Positions 10,355-23,944 of a DNA stretch of 64,000 bases are shown here, piece after piece. Below the pieces are notes generated by a model. That model made no database searches. It was given only the letters and a program-made list of their open reading frames with translations, and had not been told where the DNA came from. This DNA comes from Girardia tigrina (taxonomy: Eukaryota): contig MQRK01230377.1 in the NCBI GenBank assembly GCA_001938485.1, positions 1-64,000 on the forward strand. The letters are read 5' to 3'. Made by a program: the position numbers and the translations under genes. Each line of letters begins with the position of its first letter. The stretch's first letter is position 1.

Positions 10355-13300
10355 TGTAATATGAATTAAAATTAATAATTCATTTGTTTTAATCGTGTAA
10401 CATTATTCTTCCCGACGACAAGCTATCGCGGCATCGATGAAGGGGATAAAATTCATATATTCGGTGCGGCTGTTCAATGGGATGGGAGATTTCGAATCAT
10501 GGTCCCGTAAATTTGAAGTATTGGCAACCATATGCGGGATTGACAAGGCGAACGCGATTGAAATGACGTTAGAAGGCCGTGTGTCCGAGCTGTTCTCAGG
10601 TATGGAGAGCAGTGCCTGTGAGGAATATTTTAAATTGTTTGAATGTGTGAATGTATTGATGCTGTATGTTGATTTGAGTATGCTGAACTTAGAATGGTGA
10701 TTCTGCCACCCATATGGAAATTTGTATTTCTTTTAAATTTAAAATGATTGACTATTCGAACATAATTAAAATAATAAGTTTTTATTTTTTTAAATTAAGT
10801 TTAATATTTGTTTTAAGAAAAGAAAAGCATTTAATTAAATTTAAATAAATTTAATAAGATTTAAATTAAAGTCAATTTAAAAATTTGATAACGTTTTTAT
10901 AATTTTGTGTTTTTATATATTTAGAAGTGATTTAAATTATTATTTTTAATTAATATTTTTAAAAATTTATGTGTTTTTAAAAGATTAAGAAAAATTGTTC
11001 GAATAAACATGATTAAAAAGAGAAATAACGAAACCAATTAGAGCGATGTCAAATGATGAAAGATCTTCGGAGAGTTGTAATAACTCTAAATGTTGTAATA
11101 AAAATTCAAATGAGAATTGTCTCAATGTTCTTAATAGTGCCCAATGCGACTACGAGACGGTAAAATTGACGCTAATGGATGCGTTCGGACATGACTCGAA
11201 AACCGCTTATGATGATTTACGCATGAGAGTTCTTCAGCACGTTGAATCTATTGATGAATTCGTTGCAGCATTAAGGTGATCTGCAAAGATTGCGTGCCAC
11301 AATTAAGAGCTGCAAGAGCCGCTGGTCAGACAAGCCTTCCTGGCGGGTCTTCCAGATGAAGTTGCAAGGTACATCGCATCGGAAGCCGTGAAAGACGGGG
11401 TGACGTAGCAGCAATTAATTGCACTTGCACGTGCTCTACTTAGCACTAATCGATTGAGATCTGGAGTGACTGGGGCCACGACAGTGTCGGGGAACGACAC
11501 CGCCGGGAAAAAGAAGGTACCGACATCTGCAGTGACATCAGAAGTCAATTTGGCAATTGCGCTGAGATGCTTCAATTGTGGCAGGAATGGAAACCGGTAA
11601 AGCGACTGATGGACCGCACTGAAGTGGGTGGTGAATTCTACGGTTGCACGCCAGTCCAGGGGTTCTTAATTTGCAGCGCGAGGGGCTTCGTTGCAAGGAC
11701 TGCCCACGCAGAGGCCAGCCGGCGGGAAACAAATAGGAGGATCTCATGGTTGCGCGAGTGTAATGCCGCGAGGCATTGCGCAAAATTATCAATAGTTGAT
11801 GTGCTGATTGAAGGGCAGTGCGTGAGAGCGCTCGTGGACTATGGATGTTCTACGTCGATGATCGACGAGAAATTGGTGGATTCAGAAAAGGTAGAGTGAG
11901 TATCATGGTGGACCTTGTTCGCGAAGAACTTCAGCGGGATCGGAGATGGATGTAATAACCCAACTAAGGGGGGTCGCAATCCGTGGAAATGGAATTCTGT
12001 CGGCTTTCACGGCTAGCCAAACGAGTGAGTTTGCCCTGTAAAAGAACCGCAGTCAAACGACCAGAACGGGACATTCGTATCGGAATCGAATGGGGTTCTG
12101 TGATACGGTCCGGCTCGAATAACCGATACGAACTTCACTGCGAAATTTGAGAGGGTTTCTTGGTCTGTTAAGTGGCACTGGAATGGGGGAAAAGTACCCC
12201 CGGTACATGATAGTGTGGTCCAATACGCATCTGTGAAAATCTACCAGGAAGAAGTTAGTGCAGAACTTCATGAGAGAAAAAAGAGGAGGTGGTGGTCAGA
12301 ATGTGAAGGCCTACGGAAGCCAGTACTGCCACTTATGGCCATAGTTCAAAAACCCAAGGAGAAATTCTGTACGGTTCTCGATTTCAGAAAGCTGAACGAG
12401 TCAATATCGAGTCACACAGCAGAGATTCTTGTCTGTGGAGACAAGATCAGAAAGTGGCACCGCATGGGAAGATATTTGAAAATCGTTGACTCAAGGCGTG
12501 CATATTTGCAGATCAAGGTCGATAAATCGCTATGACCCTATTCGGTGGTGAGACATCAGGGCCGATCTTGGTATTTAACTCAGCTGGGGTTTGAACTAAG
12601 TGTTGCTCTGAAGATAATCCAGAAGAACATGTGCTCGGATCAAACCCAGCAGTTCAGTTCAGTACCGACGCGTACTAAGATGATATTGTAGTGGATACCG
12701 CCAAGATTCCGATAGAGAGGCTGATGGCAGTACTTAAGCGATTTTGTCTGGAAGCCAAACCCTCGGTGGCAATAGATGACAGCCGCATCCTGGGATTGGC
12801 GGTGAAAGCAGAGGCAAACGGTACGCTTCAATGGAGGCGTGATGGTGATGTTCCGGAACTCCCAGAAAAATTAACTCGCCGCAGTATTTTTGCATGGACA
12901 GGACGGATACTGGGTCATTACCTAGTGTGCGGGTGGTTGAGGCTGTCTTACAGTATTATGAAGAGGGTCGCTGGAGAAGGAAGGTCGAACCAGAAGCGAC
13001 TACAATGGCAAAGCAATTGGCAATGAGAATCAAAGAATAAGACCCAGCTCGAGGCCCTTTGGAAGTCCCGAAGACTGAGAAGTGTAAAGTGTGGTTTAAT
13101 GCCAGCTCAATGTTAATTAGTGTATCGAGATCGGGGGAGAGATTACTGTAGATTTTTGCTGGCTCCGGTCAAAAGAGGATTGTAACCACATAAATTTGGC
13201 TAAACTCGACTCGGCAAACCGGGCCATCAAAGAGGCGATGAAATGGTGACTCAGAGGGATCGAGCTTTTAACAGACTTGGTAGCAATTTGCAAGTGGCTC

Positions 13301-14718
13301 AAGAACGCAGTGTCCGGCGCAGGACCCATCAGATCTCAGGCGCTGAGTGACTTATTAATCAGACGAAGGATTATTTTTTTAAACAGGTCGCTGAAGAGGA
13401 GCTGCTTGTCATTAAGATCACCCTGGTCCAATCAGAAATGAACAAAGCAGACAGACTAACTTGTGTACCAGATCATTGTTGGAGTATAGTCCAACTGAAG
13501 CAAGGAATAGCCAGGGTAGCATTAGCAGAGATAGAAAAAATGGAAATGAGTGATGCCCTGAATCGGCTGCATAACATAAACCACTTCGGGGTCAGGTGCA
13601 CTATGTTCCTGGCAAGGAAGGTGTGAGGTCCAAGGAAAGTCACCGAGGATCAAGTGAAAGCCATCGTGAATGGTTGCAATCAATACATGTCAATTGATTC
13701 AGTGCCAGTCCAGTGGGACAAAGAAGAGATCAACTTAAGGAAAACTTGGCAGCGGCTGGACATGGATGTCACACACATGGGGCAGCGAAATTCTTTACAG
13801 TCGTGGATTGCGGGCCAGGGTGCTTCATGGTGTGGAGCTAAATAATCTCAGAAAACGAATCCGACATATATGCTGCGATGAATAGAATTTTGTGTGAGTT
13901 CTGACCCCCTGAAGAAGTCCTTTTAGATAATTTTAGCACGTTCAAAGGAGCAAGGATAAAGAGCTTGCTTCAAAAAGCTTGGGTTGAGGCGAGATATCGA
14001 TGAGTGAACCATCCGAGCGGCAATAGCATTGTAGAACGGAGCCATCGCACGATTAAAAGGATGGTTGTTCGGAACGGCAGAGACGTAAAAGAGATGGTCA
14101 CTTGGTATAACACGACAACAAATACGGATGGTATAATCCCAGCGTCAACAGTTTTCAACCAGAAAAGGAGGCTGCTACTACCAAGGACATTTTTTTCAGG
14201 TAGAGCCAGAACAAATTTGAAATTTGCAGTCGGAGACGAAGTATTCGTCCAGCCCGCATCGCCATACAACTGCATGACCAAGTGTAAACGCGAGAAAGTG
14301 ACAGAGATTCCATCAGTACAGCAGGTGGAAGTGGACGGAACTCCATATAACATCAGCCATGTTCACCGATTGAACCCGACATCAGCAGCCGAACTTGAAT
14401 ATGAAGTGGGCAGGGATGAGGCAACTGAAGAAAATGGTGTAGTGCAGTTCGAACAAGACGAGGGGATGAATCTGAAAATGAGGATGCAGAACTGCAGCAC
14501 ACTGTCTCAGAGGAGAAAAAACCCAGCAGGGCGGTGCGTCGACCAGTGCATTTTGATGATTATGTCTGTGCGAGTGCTCGAAGAAAAAGTGTAAAATGAA
14601 TACCCCCTTGCTCAGACATTGCATATCTATGTGCCTTGAGGGAAAGGGTGTGTGTAATATGAATTAGAATTAATAATTAATATGTTTGTATCGTGTAAAT
14701 TTATTCTTTCCGACAACA
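10355..14718 (+). mobile_element. Ty3/Gypsy LTR retrotransposon, degenerate, 66-bp LTRs
   Basis: LTRs 10355-10420 and 14653-14718 (TG...CA), TSD CTTTC, PPT gagggaaagggtgtg. Contains gag, CCHC remnant, protease (ALVDYGCS), RT (VLDFRKLN; Y*DD), RNase H (NKADRLT) and integrase (SGNSIVERSHRTIK) in Gypsy order. Confidence 0.93.
10617..11136 (+). mobile_element. Solo LTR (TG...TA family) inserted in gag
   Basis: TGTGAGGAATAT...GTTCTTAATA flanked by TSD GTGCC; removing it rejoins gag (SGMESSA|QCDYETVK). Confidence 0.88.
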
Positions 14719-15099
14719 CTTTCTCTAAAAAATTGTTTGTCTTTTAACTTTTTTTTAATTGACACCTTATTTGACCAAAAATTAGGTCATTTTTGTAAAA
14801 ATTTTGTTGCGTCATAATTATATGATGCTATATCTGAAATCAATTTTCTCTTCGATAAACCTTCTCTATCCACTATGTCTATCATAATATGCAAAAATAA
14901 GCTTTTGAATACCCTGTGAGACACCATGCAGATAAAAGTACTTACTTTGTAAAAAAAATCATCATTTTAGGCTGAAAAAACACAAAACTTTGCATAAATA
15001 TGAACGCATTTTTATTATTAAATGTCGTTTTAAGTCTACTAAATGCATACAACTGTGTTTGTGGAATTATATCACTGTTCATGAAAAATTGTGATAAAT

Positions 15100-17166
15100 T
15101 ATTAATATTATAATAGAATTATGATTTCTGTCATTCTGTCTGTGTGAAATTCCCGAAGTTCAGTAAAACAAATTTAATTATTTTTTTAAATGACAACACA
15201 ACCGATTGATCCGGAACCTACGCGATGAGGCGATTACAACGATGTGCCTCTGCCGCCGATCCGACGAGAAGTCGATGAATCAACGATGAAAAGGGTCAAC
15301 ATAAATACAAAAAAATCAATATCAACAATACGAAACCCAAATAAGGAAATATGATGAATTTGATGAAAAATCGATTGATCCTAGACCTACATGACGAGAG
15401 GAGTCAGAAAATCTTGCTCCGCCGACAATTAGAGAAGTAGAAGTTGGTGAATTCGGTAATAAAAGTATTAATTCATTTTATAAATCGATAAATGAATTAC
15501 ATTACATTACTTCCGATCTGCCTCCCCACAAAAATTAAAAAGAAAATCAATATCATAAATTTTTCTAAGACTTGACATCAATATAAAAATAATTTATTTA
15601 TTTAGTTAATTTATTAATAATTTATTCATGCAATTAATTATGAATTATAAATTTGTGTTGGGGCAGATCGGAAGTCTATCCGTTTTTCCAGATATGCTGA
15701 ATATATTTAACTAATTATTAATACTATAATAGAAATATGATTTTTGTCGGTGTGAAGTTCCCAATGATTAAAGTGATTTTTTAAGTTTTTAAAATTTTTT
15801 ATAATTATTTTTATTTTTATTTAAATTTTTTTGTGACATTATTTATTTTTATTTTATAAATATTATTTAAAAAATAATTAAAAAGATTAACAATAATAAA
15901 AAGCATTTTAAAAAATTTCTATATTTAATAATTATATAAAATTTTATTTGATTATTTTTGAAAAAACAATTTTAAAAGGAAAAATATTTTTCTAATTATA
16001 ATATTTTTTTAAAATTAAATTTTTGTACGATAATTTAAAATTAAAAATTGTCATTGATTTATTTGAATTTAAAAAAATTAATTAAAAATAACTTTCAAAA
16101 TTTTGAATATTTTTTGTATTAAAAATTGTTTAAAAGTTTTTTTTATTTTTAATAATTAATTTTATTTTTTTCATTATTTTGTGCCATTATTTATTTTTAT
16201 TTTTTAATACTATTAAAAAAATAATTTGAAAAATTAATTACAATTGTGAGGAATATTTTAAATTTGGTATGTTGAAATTGGTTTGTTGAATTTTGTATGT
16301 TGAGTTTAGTATTTGGAAATGTGTTTCTCCCACCCAGATGGAAAATTGATATTTTAGATGTTCACGATAAATAATTATTCGAGTATAATTTATATTTTAA
16401 AGTACAGCATAAGATATGTAAAAACATTAAAAATATTAAATTGTTTCAAATCTTCATATTAAAATTTAAATAAAATAAATAGTTTTAACTAAGTTTCGAA
16501 TTAATTAAATGTTCTTTCTTTATATAAAATAATTTTTAAATAAAATTAATATGTAAATAAAAATTAATACTAAAGCTACAAAATTTGAACTTTAAAAATA
16601 AAGTCAGAAAATAATGAAAAATTTGTTCGAATAATTGTTTATTAACAAACATTAATAAAAAATTATCAATTTCGAACGATGTCGAATGACGAGAGTTTTG
16701 CTGAGAGTTGTCCAAAAGACAATTCTGATTGTAATGAAAATAAAAGTTTGAAAACCCATGTTGATGTTCTTAATAACAATAATAAATCATTTTGAAAAAA
16801 AATCTCTATTTTTTAATAATTAATATAAATTTTTATTTGAATATTTTTGAAAAAAAAGAAAATAAGAAAAATATTTTTTTTATAATTATAATATTTTTTA
16901 AATTGAATTTTTGTACGATTATTTAAAATTAAAAATTGTTTTTGATTTATTTTAACTTTTCAAAATAATTTTTTTAATTATAATAAATAAAAAAATAGCT
17001 TGAAAATTTTTTTTAGATCGGAAATCTTTCCGTTTTTCTAGATATGCTTAATATATTTAACTAATTATTACTATAATAGAATTACGAATACTGTCTGTGT
17101 GAAGTTCCCGATGATTAAAGTGATTCGTTTATAATTCGCCAGACCTGGCGAAACGGTTCACTCTAG
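15100..17166 (+). mobile_element. Non-autonomous Helitron(s) with internal duplications
   Basis: Repeated 5'-end-like motif tataatagaa...gtgtgaa at ~15108, ~15725 and ~17072; 3' hairpin ttcgccag-ac-ctggcgaa followed by CTAG|T at 17135-17167. Confidence 0.6.
16245..16775 (+). mobile_element. Solo LTR (TG...TA family)
   Basis: TGTGAGGAATATTTT...GTTCTTAATA with TSD ACAAT. Confidence 0.85.
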
Positions 17167-17245
17167 TATATTATATAATAGACTAAAAAAAATGTGTTCG
17201 CGTCATGCTGAAAGATCTACTACTTGCAATTGTAAGTAGACTATG

Positions 17246-17285
<40 letters not shown>

Positions 17286-17706
17286 TATTATTATTAAAAT
17301 TAAATAAATAGAAAGTTCAAATGTTGAACATCATAACTGAAAATAAAGATTGTAACAATTTAGTTTTAAATTGAAAATGATAATATACTATTAAATATTA
17401 ATTATTTGACTAAATATTTTGTTTGTTTGTAGATTTGTTGATCTCGCTAAAAGTTTATTACGATCAACTTTTTTCATTCATAAACAAAGATTTCTTTTCT
17501 TTACTGCCAATGCATTCATTCATGCTTGAATCAGCTGCCTTTATTGGTAAATTGCTATTTATAAATGAAGAGTAGTTGATACAGATAGCTGAAGTGTACT
17601 AATGTACAAACTTCGAATTTACAATTCTTTAATGAAAACATGTAAAATGAACTGAATTTTTATTGGAATTTTTTTAAGTTAAGTGTTTTAAAAATTAAAA
17701 AATTTT

Positions 17707-18385
17707 CTAGATTTTGAAATTTTTGTCACGGGCGGCTCGCCGCCTGTAAGTTTCTTGGTTTTTAAAAAAATGGCAAAGAAAAAATTTTAACACAAAACAT
17801 ATTTTGGTGGGTGGGCAATACAAAAGAGTTGCGTTGGAAATTTTGTCAATAATTAACCAACCTCTACTGATTCTTGTTGCCGCTTGGAATACACTTTCTC
17901 TATATCTGACTACAGTTATTTCTTTATTAATTTGTTGGTCCATAGATAAATCATTCGGATTTATGTCCTTCAATCTCTGTATCGAATTCAGCGTGTTTTG
18001 CGAACTAATGTCGTTATCGCTGTATTGACGTTGATTTTCTTCAATTCGTAAAGGAACATGAAGTAAATCGGCTGGAGGTTTATTCAGGAGTCCTGTGTCG
18101 GTTTTTTGAATTTCGTTTTTAAATTTTGAATCTTTTACTTCACTATGTGCATCTTTTTTATGTTGTTTAGGCTTCTCTAAATAAAATTTGTCTAAAATAT
18201 CAATAAAATATTGTTTACTGTGAGCAAATTTGTCTCGCATCCTCACAATATCCTCGTTATGCAGCCGTTTGTCTAAGATATACGATATGGACTTTTCTAA
18301 ATTTAGAATTCATTAAAAGTTCACTAAAAATCCACTTATAAAAATAACCGGTTATTTCGCTTTGAGAGATATTTTTTAGTTCCAT
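17707..18385 (-). CDS. Possible carbohydrate sulfotransferase (CHST/Sulfotransfer_2) 5' part
   Basis: A long hydrophilic stem followed by LIIDKISNATLLYCPPTKIC, resembling the IVDD...LLYCxVPKVAC 5'-PSB motif. A possible ATG exon at ~18349-18385 joins in frame via a ~51-nt GT-AG intron. Downstream exons were not found. Confidence 0.4.
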
Positions 18386-19178
18386 GTTTAAAAAAATAAT
18401 CGGCTTTTTTATATATATAATTATATATAAATATGTTTATATCTTTTAAAACAGTTTTTACGATTTAAGGTAAACAATAAGTTGTTAGTATTAATTCAAC
18501 AACTTTATTTGTTATTGATAAAATAAAATCTTTAATATTATGAAAATTAAATAATTTGAAATTACAATTCACAAATATAATTTCCATTTGTACAATCTGT
18601 AATAATTAAATACTGTAGAGAATCTCTATAATGAATTTATCTTTAACAAAGACTTTAGCAGATTGTGTTGAGCAAATTTTCCCATTCAAACGAATTTTTT
18701 AGTCTTACACTATGCAAAAGAATGCGGAGAAACCCATCACTTTATTTTTAGGTCACTAAGTCATACGTCCATACGGCGCTGCACTATTAAAAAATAAAGA
18801 ATACACTGTGTTAGGATAGACTAATTTATAAATTTTTGAATATTTGATAATATTTAAAATCAGAATTTTATTGAAAAGAATTTTTATAAATAAATCATAT
18901 TTTCTAAATAATTAATTGAAGTTAATTTTTAAAAAAGTTAGAAATTTTTATTCAAAAGAATTTTTATAAGTGAAAATACTCTCTAAATAATTTATAAATA
19001 AAAAGTTCTTTCCTAATCCAAGTTAAATTAAAGAATAACTCGAAAATTTAAAAATGGAGTAAAATCAAATAATATAACTCCAAAATTAATTTAATATTTA
19101 AACATATGGCTAAATAACGAAAGTAAAACATTACGTACAGAAGATTTTATAATGGTGTTTAAAATTGGGTTAGTTAAT

Positions 19179-22040
19179 TGAAGAAGGCCTAAATAGAAAT
19201 ATATTTTTAAATACTCTAATATTACAGCAACTATTAATTTAAACAAACGGATTTATTAATAATTTAATAAATCCATATAAAATCACACCACATGCCCCCG
19301 TACCCTTGAGGCAAATAAGCATACTCCGCTTGAACAAGGGGAAATTTTTTCACCATCGCATACTGTTGCGCCCGCACACATGAAGTCTTCAAATCGGGTC
19401 GGTCTGCGAATGGCTCTGCTAGGCCGCTCCACAGCGGGCTCCTCGGTTGGTCCAGATTCATGTACAGGTTCTGATTCATCAACCCGAAGGCCATCGCGAT
19501 GCGCCGATCGCATTTCAACGTTTTCCCTCACTTCGTGATCTGAACGAAACCGAGCTGATCCTGACGGTGCATGCCGCACATGGTTGACGTGATACGGCCT
19601 CCCATCCACTTCCACTTAATGTACTGATTTCGTCCCCGTGACTGTTCCGCGCTTTCACCTCGACATGCAGCTGAATGATGGCGTCGGTTTTACGAACACC
19701 CCGTCCCCGACAGCCAGCTCCGTTGGTGATGGATTATGCTGCGATCCCGGCTATGCTTGATTGAAAGTTTTTGGCAATCGTAATCTTCTCTTTTGTGCAA
19801 AAACCGTCGACGCTGGAATTACTCCATTTGAATTTGGAGTCGTATTGTACCAAGCAACCATCTCTTGGGCGTCCCTGTGCCCTGAGCGACCATTCTCTAG
19901 ATCGTTCGGTGGTTGCGTTCCACAATGTCATTGCCACTTGGCCGGTTTACGCATCGAAATCGGGCCTCAATTCCAACCTGAGCAAGGAGGCCCTCCATCC
20001 CGATCCACTGAAGGTGTTATAATTATATAACAGAACTTCTTCTGGTGGCCCAAACTCGTTCCACACGCTGCTCATGGCTGAACATTTGTCCGGTTCGCTC
20101 TCTGATGCGATTTGGTGCCATATTGCAAACCGCCCTGGGCCGCAATCGACCATTGTGAGGAATTTTTTCGGTCCGACAAGTACCACGATTGACCCTCATG
20201 ATGTACTACTTGATATTCCAACAATGATTGATCCACCTTGATCTGCAGGTAGGCACGCCGTAAGTCCAATATCGCTAATTTGCGTCCCATGCGGCACCAA
20301 TTCCGTAGTTTCTCTACGCACACTAGACTCAATGCGGTGTAGCTAGAGATTGAATCATTCAAGTTCCGGTAATCGAGGACCGGCCGGACCTTCTCCTTCG
20401 CCTGTTGCATGACCGNCCGCCATTAAAGGCAGTGACGGTCGCCGTGGACTCTCGCATTCCACTAACCCCCCATTTGATTTCCACTCTTTTAACTTCAAAT
20501 TTACTTCGGCTTGATGCTCTTTGACCGATGAATATTCTGCCGCGCTGTTGTGCACTGGAGGAGCTCGTCCTTCCTTCCAGTGCCACCGCACCGTCCAGAA
20601 TTGACCGTCAAAATCTGCGGTAAAATCGGTGTCCGAAATCTGAATTGTTGCCCCCTGTCTGGCGGCCCTCTCCTGCTTCGAATCAACCGTCATCACTCCG
20701 ACAGGTGACGACAGTACTGCTACCGTCGGATCCTTCCCGTCGATCTCTCCCTGGCTTCTGATTGGAACCAGTTGATTCACCCAGACCGAACGTTGGTTTC
20801 GCTCCGCTTTTCCCGACGTGGACACCTCCCAACATGGAAATCATGTCCATTCCCAGCAACATATCCGCGCCTATTCCACTCAGGTTTCGGGCGAGCAGAA
20901 CTCAACACCGCATCTGACACCCGGACACGCTGACGTCCAGCCAGGAACCGAATTTAATCACTGTTGAACCGAGAACAGTGTTTAGCTTCTCGGATACTCG
21001 TTCTGAGTGATTCTCCGGAACCAACCGCTGGTTGATCATTGATACCGAGCACCCGGTATCCACCAGTGCTCTCACAGAGTGACCACCTACTCGGATTTCG
21101 ACTGTGGGCAGATGCGTGGCATAACCCGCAGATACCCCACCCACGAAACGGTGAGGGTCTGCTAGTCTTCTCCCGGATGCTGCAAGCGGCGTGGGCATTC
21201 AGCACAAAGGTGGTCTGCTAAATTACAGATGCAGCAATGCCTCTGCTTGCCCTTGATGGTGGATTGATCCCATTCTTCGTCCTTCTTTCGGCTCCGCTGC
21301 CTGCGGCCCAACCGGTTGTAGTTCGAGTGATGCGCTTGATTTCCTCCATTTTTGTATTTTGTCGCCGCCGCCGTCACGTTTGCCGGTTCATTGTTTCCCG
21401 GTGTGTTATCATCGGCAGCAAACGATGACGCCATTGTCCTCGCGTTACTTATCCCCCGCTTGCTGATGCGAAGCAGCACGCGTGCCATCGATATTATTTC
21501 CTCAAGCGAAAATTCTTTCCTTACCGCTTCTGCCGATAGATGCTTTGCGATCTCGTCTGGTAGACCGCATATAAAGGCCTGTCTCAGAAAAAATTCCTGG
21601 GACTCTTGCCCGTGACAAACCGTTGTTACGAGCCGTCGCAGATTCTTTAAATGCTTTGCCTGGTCGAAGATATCTCAGGTCAGGACCGTAGGGGCTCAGC
21701 AGCGCTTCTTTTACCGCCTCGTTGCATTCCTGCTTTCCGCTCGATAACCCAGAAAAAAATTCAAACGCTCGACCCTCGAGTAGCATTGGCAGAGCAACCG
21801 CCTTTTCAATGTCGCAAACGGCTGCCGTCACCTCAAATTTGCGACACTATTCTGCGAAATTTCCGGATCCATCGAACAACTGGACTACATCCGTGAATCT
21901 TATTTTGTTCATCAGCCGCGATTGCTTGAAGAAGACCTGAATAGAAATATATTTTAAAATACTCTAATATTACAGCAACTATTAATTTAAACAAACGGAT
22001 TTATTAATAATTTAATAAATCCATATAAAATCACACCACA
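19179..22040 (-). mobile_element. Ty3/Gypsy LTR retrotransposon, internally deleted, 114-bp LTRs
   Basis: LTRs 19179-19292 and 21927-22040 (3 mismatches), TSD TTAAT. Contains gag, CCICNLADHLCAEC knuckle, protease ALVDTGCS, and the RT N-part fused to the integrase core; same lineage as 10355-14718. Confidence 0.93.
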
Positions 22041-22294
22041 TTAATAAAAATATTAGGGTTTTAATTTTATAAGTCGTAAATAAAGTCGCAAATTTATAAT
22101 ATTAAAATTTTTAATAAATAACGCATAAATAATTATAATTTAATTAAAATTATATATTTATATTTATAGTTAGCAATTTTGATACCTAGCTTGCGTAATT
22201 TAAGAAAACATCGTTCCTCATAAATTTGTTTGAATTATAATTAATTGTTAAATTAATAAATGTTTGTGTTACGAATATGATCACGAACCCAACA

Positions 22295-23190
22295 CACGGG
22301 AAAATAAATTTTAATTTTTTTCTCCATACTTTTCAAAATAGTTTATCTTTAGGATTTTGTTGAGCTGATTTCAAATATGTATTCAGAATTTCCTTAACAC
22401 ATACCATTGCAGAGAAATTTTTATTTTACAGATTATAATTATATATAATTATACAGCGAACACAAACACAAAAAAAATCTTGTTGCTGCAACATATTTTG
22501 TCGTTCCTGTAAAGTTGAAAATGATTTGCAAAAAAATGATTTTCTCTTTTTGGCGTTGCCTGGTTTATCCTTGATTAGATTTTATCTGCAGACAGCTTGC
22601 ATAGATGCATTTCAGTTACCCTGGAATCTTCGCTCCACTATAGCAATGTCTGGTGAAATTCTTCTCCGTGTTTGTCCCTGTTAGAAACAAATCGAGATGC
22701 GTGTACTGGAAATGTATTTTGAGGGACACGTTACATTTTAACTGCATGTATGCTTTGATTATATATTCAACCAGCTGTACATAGTTTGATGCCTTGTTGT
22801 TATCGAAGAACATCTGAACTACATCTTTGAACGCATTCCATGTCATTAGTTCAACTCTTTGTAACAATCTTTCAAATTGTTGGTCGCTAAGAACTTTTTT
22901 TTTAATATATAGTCCAACAAAAAAAATTTAATTTATGTAGGCATCACTGATCCGGGGAAACAGCCCTCTTGTATATTCAAATCCTTCTCTGCCCTTATTC
23001 ATCGCTTTAACAAAGTTTTTCATAAGCCGAATTTTGATATGAAGTGTCGGTAAAAGAATCTGAATGCTATCACCTTCTGTATATCCGCTGTATCAATTTT
23101 AGCTTTGGGGAAATACTGCCGGGTCAAATACAATGTTTTCTCGACACAAAAAAGATGCTGATAGTAAATATCCGCAGATCAAGTTCACTC
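22295..23190 (-). mobile_element. DNA transposon remnant, Chapaev3-like (CMC) transposase C-terminal part
   Basis: HIKIRLMKNFVKAMNKG...WNAFKDVVQMF..NNKASNY..LV...CNVSLKIHF..HLDLF; CAC-type terminus near 22295. Family assignment is from recalled motifs. Confidence 0.6.
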
Positions 23191-23194
23191 ACCG

Positions 23195-23590
23195 GAAAAT
23201 TCGGCCCCGTCGTTGCTACGGTAGCCACAGCTGAAGACCCTAACCACTAAAGAGAAACTATGGTCAATCGATCTGCTTTGTTCACATTGAATGGAATCAA
23301 TGTCACCTGAATGTCTAATTTGTATTTGTTGATGATATTTGATATTATCGCCAACAACCTACCTGCCAATTCCTCGCCAAGTCTTTTCACTTTCATAGGC
23401 TTATCACCAGCAACTGTGGACCTCACCTACCCAAACATTGATTTGGAATCAGTAGATATTTCGATTGTACAAAATCTCCACGCGCATAATAAGTTCAAAC
23501 CTTTGATCACCGCTTCAAAAATTTTAATGTGCTGTCCATCGTCAATTTTCATGAGCCAAGCAGAATCTTTGATGATTTTTGTTTTGAACT
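23195..23590 (-). mobile_element. Gypsy RNase H fragment
   Basis: Manual translation gives DSAWLMKIDDGQHI..FEAVIKGLNL..W....ISTDSKSMFG*V...NKADRLT, matching the RNase H of the 10355 element. Confidence 0.75.
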
Positions 23591-23944
23591 TAGGTAATTT
23601 TTGGATTTTATTTCCTTTTTTTGAAGTTGATGGAGGTTGGGGAGCACCTCAAGGCTGCCGATCTGTCGATAGATAACGGTAGGGGCTTATAGTTCCTNNN
23701 NNNNNNNNNNNNNNNNNNNTAGGGAATATGAACAGGTTGTGAGGTAATTTGATGACTGCCGATCCGTTAATAGATTAACGGCAGGTGCTTATAGTGCCTG
23801 CCGAGACTATTGACGATCTGGAAGTTTGAGAAAGTCCTTGTCAAGTTTCATTTCTAGAAGAGAATTCGTTTCTCTCAGCCTCCATCAATTATTCTTTTTG
23901 TTCTTTTATTTTTATTTTTAATCCACTCATCGTCCTTATTCAGC

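Noticed and set aside
10355-10432. Tf1-like self-priming for the short-LTR Gypsy elements
   Set aside because: Neither LTR contains the complement of the PBS.
23748-23810. Hammerhead ribozyme at TTGATGA...GAGAC
   Set aside because: Core deviates (no GAAA) and stem II cannot close next to the core.
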